A stretch of DNA of 63,236 bases, filler included, from Octopus bimaculoides (taxonomy: Eukaryota), in NCBI RefSeq assembly GCF_001194135.2. It is 4 parts of 4 records of this genome, joined end to end, with 100 filler letters (N's around TTAATTAATTAA, not from the genome) between each part and the next. Parts side by side here need not be neighbours in the genome. Positions count along the whole stretch, not along the records: positions 1 to 25,804 come from NC_068988.1; positions 25,905 to 55,810 come from NC_068991.1; 2 more parts are not named here. The stretch is one strand, 5' to 3'. Numbering within the stretch: the stretch's first letter is position 1; every line of letters begins with the position of its first letter. Position numbers and translations under genes: made by a program. Below, in pieces: positions 14,488 through 28,782 of the stretch. The notes below the pieces were generated by a model. It was not told the DNA's origin and searched no databases. It worked only from the letters and a program-made list of their open reading frames with translations.

Positions 14488-15654
14488 TCACATGACTGCA
14501 TGGATGTATATATAAACTTATATATGAATACATACATCCACATGCAGTTATTAATGATGTACACAAATACACGACAAGTATACATAATAGTGAAATACGC
14601 ATAAACACATGCAGACAAATATATTAATATAACAAATAAAAAAAGTTTTAAAAAAACATACAATCAATGAAGAGACAAAAGAAACACTAAGATGATACAT
14701 GTTGATTTTATTAGGTATTTCTTTTTATTTAGAATCCTACAATGAACAGGTCAGACGCTAAAGTCTAAATTTCATAGGGTACAACCTTAAAGTTGACACT
14801 GCACCGCTAAACGCAGAAAATTTCTGTCTCGCTATTAGTTAAAAGTTTACAGTTTTTTCGATTTTTAAACCTATGTAGCTTTTTTAGCCAATCTTTTTCT
14901 CCACAACAGTGAATGTAAATCAATGTTATCGTACAGTTTAAGGCACGAACAAAACTTCATATTAAATACAAAATTATGTAATTTATGAACACTAAATAAG
15001 ACTGCAGCGGTTTATGGTTATGTCCACCAAGCAGACAAATAGACAAAATAGAAATGTTAATTTATACTATTAGCTCTTTAACGTACTATGAATCCAAGCA
15101 GATTTAGAGCATCAAATCAAAATAGAATTCTTCCTGCTGTTTAAAACAACTTATTTCTTCTGAGATAACTTGGTCAGTAAGATGATTTCTCAGGCAAATT
15201 TCCAATGAGGTGACAAACCAACTGATTGACAAATTTAGTTCCTAGAGGTAAAGGCAAATACAATTATAAAAATCAATAATTTTATACGCTGATGCGCAAT
15301 GCTTTTGTTTGTGTGTATGTGAAAAAGGGAGTCTATGTGAGAGAGAGAGAGAGAGAGAGAGTGTATATGTATGAGAGGAAGAGAGACTGTATGTATGTGC
15401 ATGTGTGCCTCACTCTCTCACTGTCTCTCTTTCTCCCTCTCATGCTCGCGCACTCTCGCTCTCGCTGTTTTGCACTTACATGATTTATGTACATGAATGA
15501 ATGCACATACACTCACAAAATTACACACACACACTCACACACTCATGCGCGCACACACATATACATAAATGTAAATAAACATAAGTACAAACCTATATTT
15601 TCTATATATTTGACGGAGAATAAGTATGTAAGCCATAATAATATTAATATTAAT

Positions 15655-15712
<58 letters not shown>

Positions 15713-16191
15713 TTAATAATGACTCAGATATTTCCTTTCTCAGTTTTAATAGGTTTCCATGTATAACAAATAAACGAAATTCAAATTTTCATTAAAATAT
15801 TTATGTATTCATATCATCCAAAAACAAGTGAAAAGGCTCAAACGTACTATCATACTTGCATACAACTACGACCAACTAACTTACATCATTACGTCTCACA
15901 AAATTTTTAAAAAGTTCCGAATCCGTGTAAGTATAGAAACTAGAGTTGCATTTATGAGGGATCCCTTTCACTAAAAACAATATCTTTAGAAACATTATAT
16001 AACATATTTGTCTTCTAGTGCTTCCTCAATCCGGCTTATAAATATTACAAGGAATCTATATTTGGATGTAATGATTACCTTTTTTGTATTAACACTGTTT
16101 CCATCGTAATAATTAAATTTCAGTATTCCTCTTGGGTATTTGCGAGATCAGCGTCATGAAAGATGTTGAAATTATATATATATATATATAT

Positions 16192-16250
<59 letters not shown>

Positions 16251-16303
16251 TATCTTGGCAGCAAGATTTGACTGGCATGAAACAAGCTAATAACCCTGTA
16301 TTC

Positions 16304-16343
<40 letters not shown>

Positions 16344-16439
16344 NNNNNNNNNNNNNNNNNNNNNNNNNNNNNNNNNNNNNNNNNNNNNNNNNNNNNNNNN
16401 NNNNNNNNNNNNNNNNNNNNNNNNNNNNNNNNNNNNNNN

Positions 16440-16507
<68 letters not shown>

Positions 16508-16983
16508 ATAGGTAAATAAGATACATAAAATATATTAGATATATTAAATATATTAAATTTAAAATATGTGTATATGTATACATGCAAAACAAGAGAAAGC
16601 AAAAGGTAGAGCCTTTCAGATGATGAATTTTTAAGTATAGATATTTAGATAATTATATTAATAGATCCAACCTACATAGAGTACCAAAGACAGATAAATT
16701 TTAAAGGGTAGAAGAAAGGTGTTACAGAAGTCCAAAAACTGTTTCTGTAGACTTGGCGATACATAATAACGTTGGAAGATTTAGTTCATCACAATATTAT
16801 GCCTTATGGATGCAGATAACACTGGATAAGACGAGCCTCCGTCATCAGGGTAGAGAAGATCTTACATTTCAGATCTTAATGCAGAGAAGTTCAACGATCA
16901 AAGATTCCATCGGAGTCGAAGTTTGAATATTCTGAACACTACTAAATCCCTTCTATACGGATAATCTATGAATCTCATCTGTG

Positions 16984-17021
<38 letters not shown>

Positions 17022-17025
<4 letters not shown>

Positions 17026-17222
17026 AATTCAAACTGGAACAAGCAAACACGAAAAAACGCGAAAACACAACAACGCGAGTACGTGAAATAAGTGCAGTGT
17101 TATTGGACGCTCAGGAAAGGAAAGAAAAGAAAGAGGATTTCAGGTTTTGAGCAGAGCTCTTCGTCAGAAATATAGGAAATGTCCAGAGAAGGGAAGACAG
17201 AGAAAGAAAATCGCCAACGATG
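17022..17222 (-). mobile_element. Short repeat with a degenerate minimal hammerhead-like motif (Penelope-like LTR or retrozyme-like), ending in (TA)n
   Basis: Minus strand 17167-17141: CTGACGA-A-GAGC-tct-GCTC-AAAAC-CTG, with G12 replaced by A. Confidence 0.5.
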
Positions 17223-17225
17223 CAC

Positions 17226-17626
<401 letters not shown>

Positions 17627-17721
17627 ACAGTAATACACATTATTATACATACATACGGTAGCAGCGTACCATACTATTGCACACATAGACACACACAGAC
17701 ATACACAGACAAATACGCACG

Positions 17722-17756
<35 letters not shown>

Positions 17757-18289
17757 ACGTACACTCACAGACACGTATGTATACGTATATATATGCTTGT
17801 GCGTGTGTCTGTGTGTACAACTCATCTTCGTGAAAAACATGTTTAACTATAAATATTTATTATCTCAGTCTACTAATACTTATGGACAAAAGCCTGCAAA
17901 TACAAAGATGTTATATGTGTATAAAGGAAAGTAAAATCTAAGTAGTGTCAAGATTAGAAATACATAAAAAAGTAATAAATAGTTAATCTCTATCTTCATA
18001 TAATAAACTATACTTATAGCCAGAAACTTTAATACATATGTATGTATGTATGTGTGTGTATTATATATATGTATATATATATGTGTGTGTATATTGATAG
18101 ATACATACATTACATATATGTGAGTTTATATATGTGTATATACATATAGATATATATACACATAAGAGTAATCGGAGGTAACGTCAAGCAGGAATAAGGA
18201 TGCTTATAAAATACCTGTATACCACTATATTTAATTAACCATTAAATGCTTGCAGCGCGTCATGTAATATATGTGTGAGTGTGTGCGTG

Positions 18290-18327
<38 letters not shown>

Positions 18328-19317
18328 TGTATGTGTGTCTGTATAAATCGTACAAACTTAGACAATGTTAGGTCCAATAACATACCGCTCACAATTAAAT
18401 TAACTGCATGGAAGGTACAAAGAGTCAGTAAGATACCATAGATATGTAAGCACCAAATCGAATTCGAAATCTAGATCCAACTCAGGGGTGAGACCTTATT
18501 ATGACACAGGTTTAGAACGTAAACATAAACGGTGTTTAAAATTTACTGCAAATGTTTTGGTGGATTGTTATTATTTAATGCAGTGTTTAAAAACTCCTTG
18601 AAAATATATAATCCGTCTTCATTTAGTAAACTTTTAAACGGTAACGATTTTAAACATCGACCCGGACATAGCCAGTGGACTAGGGAATCAAGTTTTAAAT
18701 TCAAATATATACAAGAAAAATAACTGTGGTTTAACCATGCAAATTAGAAAGCAGAAGAGCTTATAAGTGCAGAATCAAAATCAGCTTACCTGAATTAGTT
18801 TACAATTATGCCGAATAATCTAGGAACCAATAGACACAGCGGTGCCATAAGTTGTAATTAGAAAGTCATCAAAAACTTCGTAGATATCCTCTAAGTTAAA
18901 TGGGACTTGTCAAGCAGTTCACCGACAACGATATCGAGCCTTAAACAATCATCAATCTTCATTCTTCCTCTCCATAAGTATGCACACAAACACGCACGTA
19001 CACGCACACACACACGCGCACACACACGCACCCACGCACACACACGCACACACACGCACGCACTAGATGCACACGCACACTCACACACGCGCACGTAAAC
19101 AACATATACATATATATATACACACACACATATATATATACACATGCATATATGCATATATATATAAATATTTACATATATACGTATATATGTATATATG
19201 CATATATACGTACATGTGTATATATGCATATATACGTACATATGTATATATACGTACACATGCATGCACACATATATATTCATCTATGCACACACTCACA
19301 CAAACATGAACACACAC

Positions 19318-19356
<39 letters not shown>

Positions 19357-19519
19357 TTTATGCACACACACACAACGCATACAGATATAAGCATATTTAG
19401 AGATTTAAATAAAGGAGTATAATCGTAAATATAAATATGCAAGATAAATGAATATATAATCATATAGCCAATATACGATTACATGAGCTCAAATGTCAAA
19501 CAGATAAACATGAAACATA

Positions 19520-19960
19520 TATTAGACACAGGAGTTACAAATTATTACATTAAAAATACATAACGAGGGATAATAACCTGCTTGATTATGTTCCAGGTAA
19601 TTTTGAATTCGATATTTTTCCCTTGAAATTCCCAATTTTTTTTCAGCGAGTGACGAGACTTTAGATTTATCACGTCTCCTAAAATTATAAAATTGAATAT
19701 ACAATCTCCGCTTAAATGCACATCTTGTTGCACCGATGCAGGTAAATGTAGATATAATAGATAGAACATCACTTACCAAGATAAGATATCTAATGAAGCA
19801 TAAATTAGTAAGAGGACATAACAGTTTATTTCTCCAATTACACGGCATAGGAAACGTATAGACGTTAATATAACAGGTGTTAATTGTAGAAATAATAGTA
19901 TGTTCCTCAAATGCCTTTCGTGAAGAGTGATAATAATCGTTAGACCTATTAGATTCATTC
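19520..19960 (-). mobile_element. Penelope-like element relic, GIY-YIG endonuclease region
   Basis: CNWRNKLLCPL..LC, TCIGATRCAFKRR and, in another frame, FKITWNIIKQ resemble PLE GIY-YIG C-termini. Frameshifted. Confidence 0.6.
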
Positions 19961-20439
19961 ACAATATTAGTCTTAATATAAGTGTTAATGGAGTCGTTAA
20001 TATTTGTAATAGTATTGCCATTGCTAAGGTAACTGTTATTACAGTTACATGGATTGTTAGTTCGCCATGTATGCTAAAGATGCTGCAGGCGTTATTGTAT
20101 GTAGAATCAGCATTATTTGGGTCATCATGGCATCTGTCACTGCTGCGCCTATGACATTCAGTACTACTCTGTATAGGTGTGCAGTAGTTGGAAGTTTTAG
20201 CAGTGTGCTGATAGACAATATCAGAAAGACTACCTCAAGCTGTCTGACTGGAACCCCAACTGCCATAGATAGTATCATTTGCCACACGACGATTTCGATA
20301 CGACTATGGCATACAACATCACATCTACTACTTCTGCTATGGTAGTCGCTGTTGACATTATATCATCATCATCCTCATCATCATCATCATCAACATCCTC
20401 ATCGTCGTCATCATCATAATCGTCATATTCATAGTCGTC

Positions 20440-23400
20440 GTATTATGTATTTATGTATTTAGGACTTAACAATGTCCCTTCTTTTAATTTTGTTTCGAGT
20501 TCCTTACTAATTCCCCTCTTGTAATCTGAAGTGGATTTCTCTCTCTGTACGCATTCCGTTATTTCATCGTCCTGCAATACACCAAACATTTATGCCTCTC
20601 ACTACACTACAGCGTTCTCATGTTGTCTTGTGGAAACTTTATGTCATCAGTGTTTAATTTCCAGCCTCTCTTCATAATAAGTACTGCTCACTTATCTACC
20701 CTAAACTCCATGTCATTGTCTTTAATGAATATTGCCACGGTTTGTATAAAAGTATCCAGGTGTTCTTCCTTTTTTGTATATATCTTAAGGTCCTTCATAT
20801 AACGTAGCTGATTTGTTCTGATCTTAGTCTCAGTAAACTTATAGGCAGGCCTGAATTTTCTCAGTATACTTGTCAGGAAGAACGGAATGACGAAGAATAA
20901 GGAGATAGTGAGGGTTCTTGGAAATATTCCCCAGCGTATTTTCCCGTTATCTAACGATTCATTAGCACATGTCAGTTCTACTTACCACACTCTCATTGTT
21001 TTCTCCAGAAAGTTGTTTATCTTCTCATTGAGTCCGAGCGCTTTCGATACTCTAAACGCTAGCAGCGCGGGACATGGTTACATGTAATCCAGTAATCAAT
21101 CTATCCAAAAGCTACATTTTTCTTTCTTCTTTTCTCGTACCTCATATAATATTCTGCCATCTATCTATAGCAGATCAGCAGTTCCCCTTAGTTTCTTCTG
21201 ACATCCTCTTTCGTTCCACTGGCAATTGATTTTCGTTTTCAAAAAAAATTATACACATCCTCTGCTATGAGGCCACTCAATAGTTCCCAGAGTTATGTAA
21301 AGAAATAATAAATCTATTATTAATGACTTGCACTCTCTTTTCATTGTCTTAATGTACCAGCACCGTGTTTCCATTTGTCACTATGTTGTGTTCCATTGTC
21401 TATGCGCTAAGTTAAAAAACGGTCGCATATCACTTGTATACTTGGTAGGCTTCATGTGGTCCCGGAGCTTTTGAATTTGGTAATTTCTTTATTTTCTTAT
21501 CCGTGATTGTTATATGTACTTCTGTCACTCCTGCTTCCATTTCTCTTTTTTTAAATTTCCTAACCAGTCTGTTTTTATAGCCTCTTGGATTTCTTAGATT
21601 CAGAGTTCATTCCCCAATTTATTTTACTGCTTTTGCATCTGGTATATCTCATTTGCTCTCCTTCCTTGTTCACTTGTTTATAGAATTTTTTTCCGTTGTT
21701 CTTGAAGAGTGTATCCTGCTGGTAATTATTCGTTTTCTGGTAGCATCCATTTCTTTTTGTTACCAGACATCGCTTAGATTCTTTGTCTTAGTTACTCATT
21801 AACTACTTGCAGTCCTTTATGTCTTAAGTTCCACTTCATTTACAGTTCGTTCCTGTGTCGTTTCTTTACCCTGTTCTCTATGATTCTGTATATCCTTCCA
21901 AGGTCTCACTTGACCGGTTCTATTTCGTTCTGAAGCCACCATTCATATCATGGGGCTTGTTCTTTGCTTTCAATTTTAAGCCCAAGAGTTTGAACAGCGA
22001 CAGAGGCTGCGCAGTATACAAGTGCGTTTAGATCTGTTTTCTATATAGATTTTCGTTAACAGTTCGTTCGTCGTTTCCACTACTTTATATAGTTTCCTCT
22101 TTCGATTCCTCTCAGGGTTACTAGCTTCTGTCGCTATTTCACGCCTCATTCAGGTGTAGTAATGTATTAATTTTTTTCCTCTGTAAGATTATTTCTCGAC
22201 ACAAAGTAAAGTTTACCATTATCTAAGCAGCTATTTCTTTTGTGGGAATTTATTGGTCTCTTTGATGATCTCTGTTCTTCTTCAGCTTTCTAGTTTTTCT
22301 GAGATATTTCATCATTTCGCTTTTTTTCCAATACGCAATTCCATGTCTCATAACTAGCACTGCTTTTAAATTTATTGCGTTAATATCATAACTTAAATTT
22401 AGCCTTAACTAATATTTTCCCCCACTCTCTTTGAATTCTCCTTACATGTAATCTTCTTGGTCGTTTCGTGTTTTATTTCACCTGCCTCTGGTATTCCCAA
22501 ATACTTAAGCCACTGTATTTTCTCAAAGAACATCTGTCATTTTAATTCCCTAATTTCCTGCAAATCGTCTCCATTTCTATCAAGAGAGTGCACTTTTCAA
22601 GTCCGAATTCTATTCCTACATTACTTGAGAAAATGGGAGCAGTATAGACAAGGCTCCGCAGTTGCTTCTAATGTTTCATATAAAGCTTTAGATCATCCAG
22701 GTAGTGGAGATGATTTATCTGACCACATTTTCTTCCCAAATTATAAGCTATTTAGAGTTATTATATCAGACTTAAAGGTATCATGACCAATACAAATAGG
22801 AATGGAGATAAGCTATCTTCCTGGAATATGCAACGTCTGCTGTTCGCTTACCCAATTTTCCTCCAATTAAGCTACTGTTTCAATTGTTCATACTTTGATT
22901 CATAAGCTTTCTTTCACTCCTAACATGCTTATTGTTTTACGTTATCCAATTGTACATCAGGTCATATGCATTTTTTTATAATACAACCATGCTACATCAA
23001 TCAGGCCAATCTGCCTCTGTAATTTCTGATTACCATTTTATGAATTAACGTCTGTTTTTCAGTTGCCCTAATTTTCCTCTTGCACACCTCCCGATCCACT
23101 GAGAATCATTGTTACTTTCCAAATGAAGATACAACTTTCCGTAAAGACACCAGTCATAAGCTTCTACAATTTATCTTCTAAGATAAATTCTACCAATTTA
23201 TCTTACAAGAGATCCTCAAGTTACAACAACGTTCAACTACTTGTCATCCAAGCAGGAACGTGCCTCTTCTCCAGGCGTTAACCATCATGTAGTGTGACCC
23301 ATTTATTCAACTGTAAAAAATTCAGCCAATACTTTTGTAATTCATCAGGCCTTGTCCAACTTCATTCGTATTCTCTCCTTCGAGTTCGGTTCTTACTTTT

Positions 23401-23620
23401 CCTTCGTCTTCTTTTCTTCAAATGTCTTTCACTTGTATCTTACTATGTTAGCTACGACATCACCAGTAGATATGATTAGCTCCTTTGTCTCACTGATGTA
23501 TTCTGCTTCAATCGGGTCAAAAACGCCGTTTACATTGCCTGTGAGTCTCTCTATTATACTTCTGCCCAGATATATCTAACACTCAACAACATTTCATTGT
23601 TTACACCAACTATTTTACCC
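20440..23620 (-). mobile_element. Second decayed R4/Dong-like LINE, followed by a degenerate (ATG)n tail at 20355-20440
   Basis: Minus-strand remnants ETKELIISTGDVVANIVRYK..EPNSKERIR (N-terminal), KRKSIASG and RT motifs parallel the 600-3420 element. Heavily mutated. Confidence 0.6.
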
Positions 23621-23688
23621 GCAGCATTTGTGTAATCTCTCTCTCTCTCTTTTCCTCGTTCGAGTCTTCTTCAACATTAATTTCCACC

Positions 23689-23805
<117 letters not shown>

Positions 23806-24764
23806 AACAGTGAAGAAAATGAATTTAATAAAATAAAGAGATACCGTGTATTAAGTTTATATTGATATATTAAAAAAATATTGATTAAAATCTTACTTAC
23901 AGATCGAATGAGAACACATAAGCTAATATTGTATGAAAATTTCGTTGAGATCAAAGAAGTGTTAAATGGTTGTTAGGCTAGAGCAAAATAAAACAAAAGT
24001 ACTACATACAGTGGCGTGGTTGAAATTATAAAATTAAATTCCGACTATAAGAGAAAGCAAATTTAAAATAATTAAAAAAAATGAGTTTGTAGAAACCGCT
24101 TCTGTCAGTTCTCTTTCTTCTTACAGAGGTTCATATGGTTTGAGGGTGGATATGCGAGAAGTTGCCTATGCCCTATGTCTGCTCACCACCACATAGACAT
24201 TTAACACAACTAGCGTAACTATGGTGTATGCCATCAGTTCATTCTAACTTGAAAGTGATGCATTTGTTTGTAATCTACTTAAAGCAAATATCTCTATGAG
24301 TCATATTACACGTACAAAACATTTGCACTACCCTGCTTATTACTTTAGCAATAATCCCCTTTAAAAATAAAGGAAAAGAAGAACTACTTCATTTTAAGCC
24401 ACACCTTTCAACCAAAGATGTAGTTTCTATCGCAGTCAATGTTCTAACACAGGGACAATTCCAATCATTTCTGAAGAGCTTGTACTTCATGTGATTGATA
24501 CGGTTTACGAATAACTGTTGGGAGATGAACTTAGTTTGCAAGCTCATTTCACCGGCAAGCGGCTATTTTTGCGTAAAATACATATTTTGCTAAAGAATAT
24601 GTATGCAGTGTTTGCGTTCTTTGATTTTAAGATAAAGTTTCAGTGGGAACAGAAGTGGGAGCAGCTCTGGTAGAAAAATTTAAACGACCGACCTTTTAGA
24701 TTATAGTTGTTTGGTACACTACCAACCCATCTAAATACTACCTTTGTTTACCATAATGATATAA

Positions 24765-24787
24765 ATAATGATGATGATGATGATGAA

Positions 24788-24844
<57 letters not shown>

Positions 24845-24866
24845 TTGATGATGATGATGATGATTG
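24765..24866 (+). repeat. (GAT)n microsatellite
   Basis: Direct reading. Confidence 0.96.
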
Positions 24867-25755
24867 AATTAAGGAGGGTGGAGAGGAAGATTGCTACTGT
24901 TGTTGCCTTTGCTAATGATGATACCAATATTAAATAATAAAAATAATAAAAAAAACAGGAATATTAAACATATCAAAGAAATAATTGCAAAGAAAATAAA
25001 ACTCGTCACGGTCTAACAGGAATAATAAAAATAAAACAAGAAAATAGACATAATTTTACCAATATGAAGGCCAATAATTTCTGAAAAGCTGCAGACTAAT
25101 GGCTGCTCAAGATCAATATGTGACCAATAAGAACGACAAAATTAAAATAACAAGTTAGTAATGTCAACTGCAGACTGAGGCATCGACATTAACAAATAAT
25201 AAACCATTTGATCTATGTCTGATCAGTCGTAGTAAAGATATAATATATTCATAGGCATGGCCGAGTAGCGAGATACATCTATTGGGCAATATGCCGAAAC
25301 TTTCACCTCAAATCTAAGCTAAAACACACATAACGAAATAAGTATCTGTTAATAGTTAAACTACTTTATTCTAGTGAATGGTACTTACTTTAATCTGCAC
25401 CAGAGGGACTAGAAGTTAGAAGCTAGACAGATAAATCTAAATAAGGCAGGGACATTAACTCAGCTATAATGTAATATTTGTAAAAGGTTATTACGTAATA
25501 TGGAATGAGAATAATAGATGATATTTTAGATAATGATACTTGGAAGTATTCATTTTGTTGTTGTTGAGGCATCTGTTAATTGTGATTGACCAGACTTATG
25601 AACAAAGGCGTTCTACTTTTGAATATCCTGCATTCTTTTATATATATTTTTTTTTCTTTGTAGACAGTTAATTTCGGGCCACTACATTAAATGTGTTCTT
25701 TTATTTCAGATGGTATATCAATGTTTTCAGAAAACATTTTTTCTAGTATATATTA

Positions 25756-25804
<49 letters not shown>

Positions 25805-25904
25805 NNNNNNNNNNNNNNNNNNNNNNNNNNNNNNNNNNNNNNNNNNNNTTAATTAATTAANNNNNNNNNNNNNNNNNNNNNNNNNNNNNNNNNNNNNNNN
25901 NNNN
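25805..25904. other. Artificial scaffold-join spacer (N44-TTAATTAATTAA-N44)
   Basis: Identical 100-bp layout at three places. The 12-mer is palindromic and gives stops in all six frames. Confidence 0.9.
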
Positions 25905-26240
25905 TGATCTTAAGTACTCTGTCACTTACTCTAACGACCTCGATTACCTTATCCACCCATTTCTCCGCTAGAAGTATTCCTACGCCCCCGACCCCGTCAG
26001 TGTTCCCTGCCCAGAAAATCTTGTACCTGTGTTCTTTGCCTGTGAGGAACCTTGCAGAACCTCCTCTCCATCTTACTTCCTGGATGCAGCACATATCTAC
26101 GCATCTCCGTTCAAGCATCTCAACAATTTCACCAGATCTACCTTTCAGCGTGCCGACGTTGAGAGTGCCAATCCTAACAGTATGGGTGTTGGGGGTGTGG
26201 GCCTGTAGCCTGGGAAGAGGAAAAGCAGTGTCGTGTACCT
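25905..26240 (-). mobile_element. RTE-like LINE, AP-endonuclease N-terminus (uninterrupted, cut by the gap)
   Basis: RIGTLNVGTLKG...DMCCIQEVRWRG...GVGGVGILL...VSDRVL: APE domain motifs with no stops. Confidence 0.9.
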
Positions 26241-26244
26241 GAAA

Positions 26245-26860
26245 AGAAATTATTGACAATAAAGTTCTGCAATGATGCTTTTCTGTCGTTCCAATAACTC
26301 AAAGTGAACAATGCCTATAGTATTCTAGTAAATGCACAGCAAAATCTTTTTTTAGGTGTAGATCTGGTTTGAGTGTTGGAACTGCCTATTGTTGGCATAG
26401 ACTATCCATTTCTCATCCCTTATTACAATTCAGTTAAGAAAAAGGTTAGCAAATTGTTAAAAGCATTACTTTATCCTTGGGGGGAAAATTCACTTCCTTT
26501 CTCTATACCCTTTCCCAATCTGTTGGAGATGGTCTTGCACAGTGGACCAAGGTTTACTAAGCCTAAGGATTAAGTCTCTGATATTTTGATGCAGATCCTC
26601 TTAAATTGCTCTTTTCACTGTGTCATTATTCAGAACAGTTGGTCTTCCTGATCAATATTCATTCAAAATATTGGATGGGTATCAATCCAAATTTTGAAAT
26701 TTGTTAAACCACCTTTGGCATTTCCAAACAAAACTCTCACCATCAGGATATTCAGTAGATATGTTTTCCTTTGTTGCATCGTCTAGCATAATTGCCCTTA
26801 TGAAACCCATGGAGCATACAATGCTGAATATACAACTCATGGAAGTCCTCATTTTCCACG
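26245..26860 (-). mobile_element. Decayed mariner (Tc1/mariner DD34D-type) transposase, N-terminal two-thirds
   Basis: CQRWFNKF, SGRPTVLNND, STVQDHLQQIGK, IVIRDEKWIVYAN, GIVHFELLERQKSIIAELYCQ, with in-frame stops. Confidence 0.85.
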
Positions 26861-27021
26861 GGCTGTCAGACATAGCACATACACACACACACACACACTA
26901 CATGTCCACATTAACATTTGGTCATTAACTCTATGCTTTTTGGTTGATTGCAAGGACACCAATTATTGGCTTGTAAACTGTTTGTGGTATGACATCAGAC
27001 AATTTGCTTGGCAAGGTGACA

Positions 27022-27065
<44 letters not shown>

Positions 27066-28582
27066 NNNNNNNNNNNNNNNNNNNNNNNNNNNNNNNNNNN
27101 NNNNNNNNNNNNNNNNNNNNNNNNNNNNNNNNNNNNNNNNNNNNNNNNNNNNNNNNNNNNNNNNNNNNNNNNNNNNNNNNNNNNNNNNNNNNNNNNNNNN
27201 NNNNNNNNNNNNNNNNNNNNNNNNNNNNNNNNNNNNNNNNNNNNNNNNNNNNNNNNNNNNNNNNNNNNNNNNNNNNNNNNNNNNNNNNNNNNNNNNNNNN
27301 NNNNNNNNNNNNNNNNNNNNNNNNNNNNNNNNNNNNNNNNNNNNNNNNNNNNNNNNNNNNNNNNNNNNNNNNNNNNNNNNNNNNNNNNNNNNNNNNNNNN
27401 NNNNNNNNNNNNNNNNNNNNNNNNNNNNNNNNNNNNNNNNNNNNNNNNNNNNNNNNNNNNNNNNNNNNNNNNNNNNNNNNNNNNNNNNNNNNNNNNNNNN
27501 NNNNNNNNNNNNNNNNNNNNNNNNNNNNNNNNNNNNNNNNNNNNNNNNNNNNNNNNNNNNNNNNNNNNNNNNNNNNNNNNNNNNNNNNNNNNNNNNNNNN
27601 NNNNNNNNNNNNNNNNNNNNNNNNNNNNNNNNNNNNNNNNNNNNNNNNNNNNNNNNNNNNNNNNNNNNNNNNNNNNNNNNNNNNNNNNNNNNNNNNNNNN
27701 NNNNNNNNNNNNNNNNNNNNNATATTTAGTTATACACACACACACACATTTATACTAGAGTGTTACCAATCATATGAAAGGTTACTGTGGAAGTATGCTT
27801 TTGTTATCATGGGGTAATATCATGAAATATGGTATACATAAAATAATTGTAATTTAACTTTTATCAAATTTCTTGGTGCATGTAAAAGCATGATGAAATA
27901 AATACTAATTTTCAAGAGAAAAATATTTATTACCTTAAAATAAATTTCTCATATGTATAACTCCTCTTCCTTTGTTTCTATGCATTTTTCTCTCACATTG
28001 TGTTTGTGTATAGTGTTTTTGTTTACTCAGTATCTGCAACTAAGCCTAGTATATGTTCTTATCTTGCAACTCTTATATTAACTCTCTGTATCTCTCTTTT
28101 ACTCTCATGCTTCCTCTCTTTATACAATATAAAGTAGGACAGGAGAAACCAACCAACCAGCCAACTAATATTCATATCAGCTATTATTACACACATGCAC
28201 GCATAAAAATAATATATTATACATAATAACATAGAACAATTAAAACACACAATGTACAACACATTAATATGTATAGTATTTTATATTTAGTATGCAACTT
28301 CAAATTGACATCAAATTATATAAAGTCTTCTGCAAAGAAAGACATTGCAGTATGTGAGGATGCACACAACGACCAATCAACTTTTGGTGTACATTTGTGT
28401 AGGCATGTGCTTATCAGACATGATATTTTGTGGTGCATGTAGACATGTATTCTTTCAACATATGTCTGTGTGTGTGTGTGTGTGTGTGTACCTAGATAGA
28501 ATGAATAACCAAACTGAAGAATGTACAAGATGTATGTGCCTGTGTATTTATATAAATTTTAACAGAAGAAAATGCAAGTTAC

Positions 28583-28782
28583 CTGAGAGCAAGATGAAAA
28601 GGCACATCTATTGTTTTAATGAAGCCATTTGTATCAACAAGAGCAATCTGGAATGTTTTGGTCTTAGTATCTCGACTTGTGACATTGTTCAGTCCCATCA
28701 TACCATACCCTTGACATATTAAGCGACATCGTTTACACACATTGAATGCAGCAACTCTTGGACCATATACAGCAGTCCACAC
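28583..28782 (-). CDS. RAB3GAP2: Rab3GAP2 exon 14 ([15 protein letters not shown]...GLNNVTS...IDVPFHLAL); last exon found
   Basis: Acceptor ttttcacag and donor AG|GTAACT. 200 nt. Lies within ORF 28579..28782. Confidence 0.95.

Noticed and set aside
20057-20345. Overlapping ~80-90 aa ORFs on both strands
   Set aside because: No recognisable domain or splice signals; lies between TE relics.
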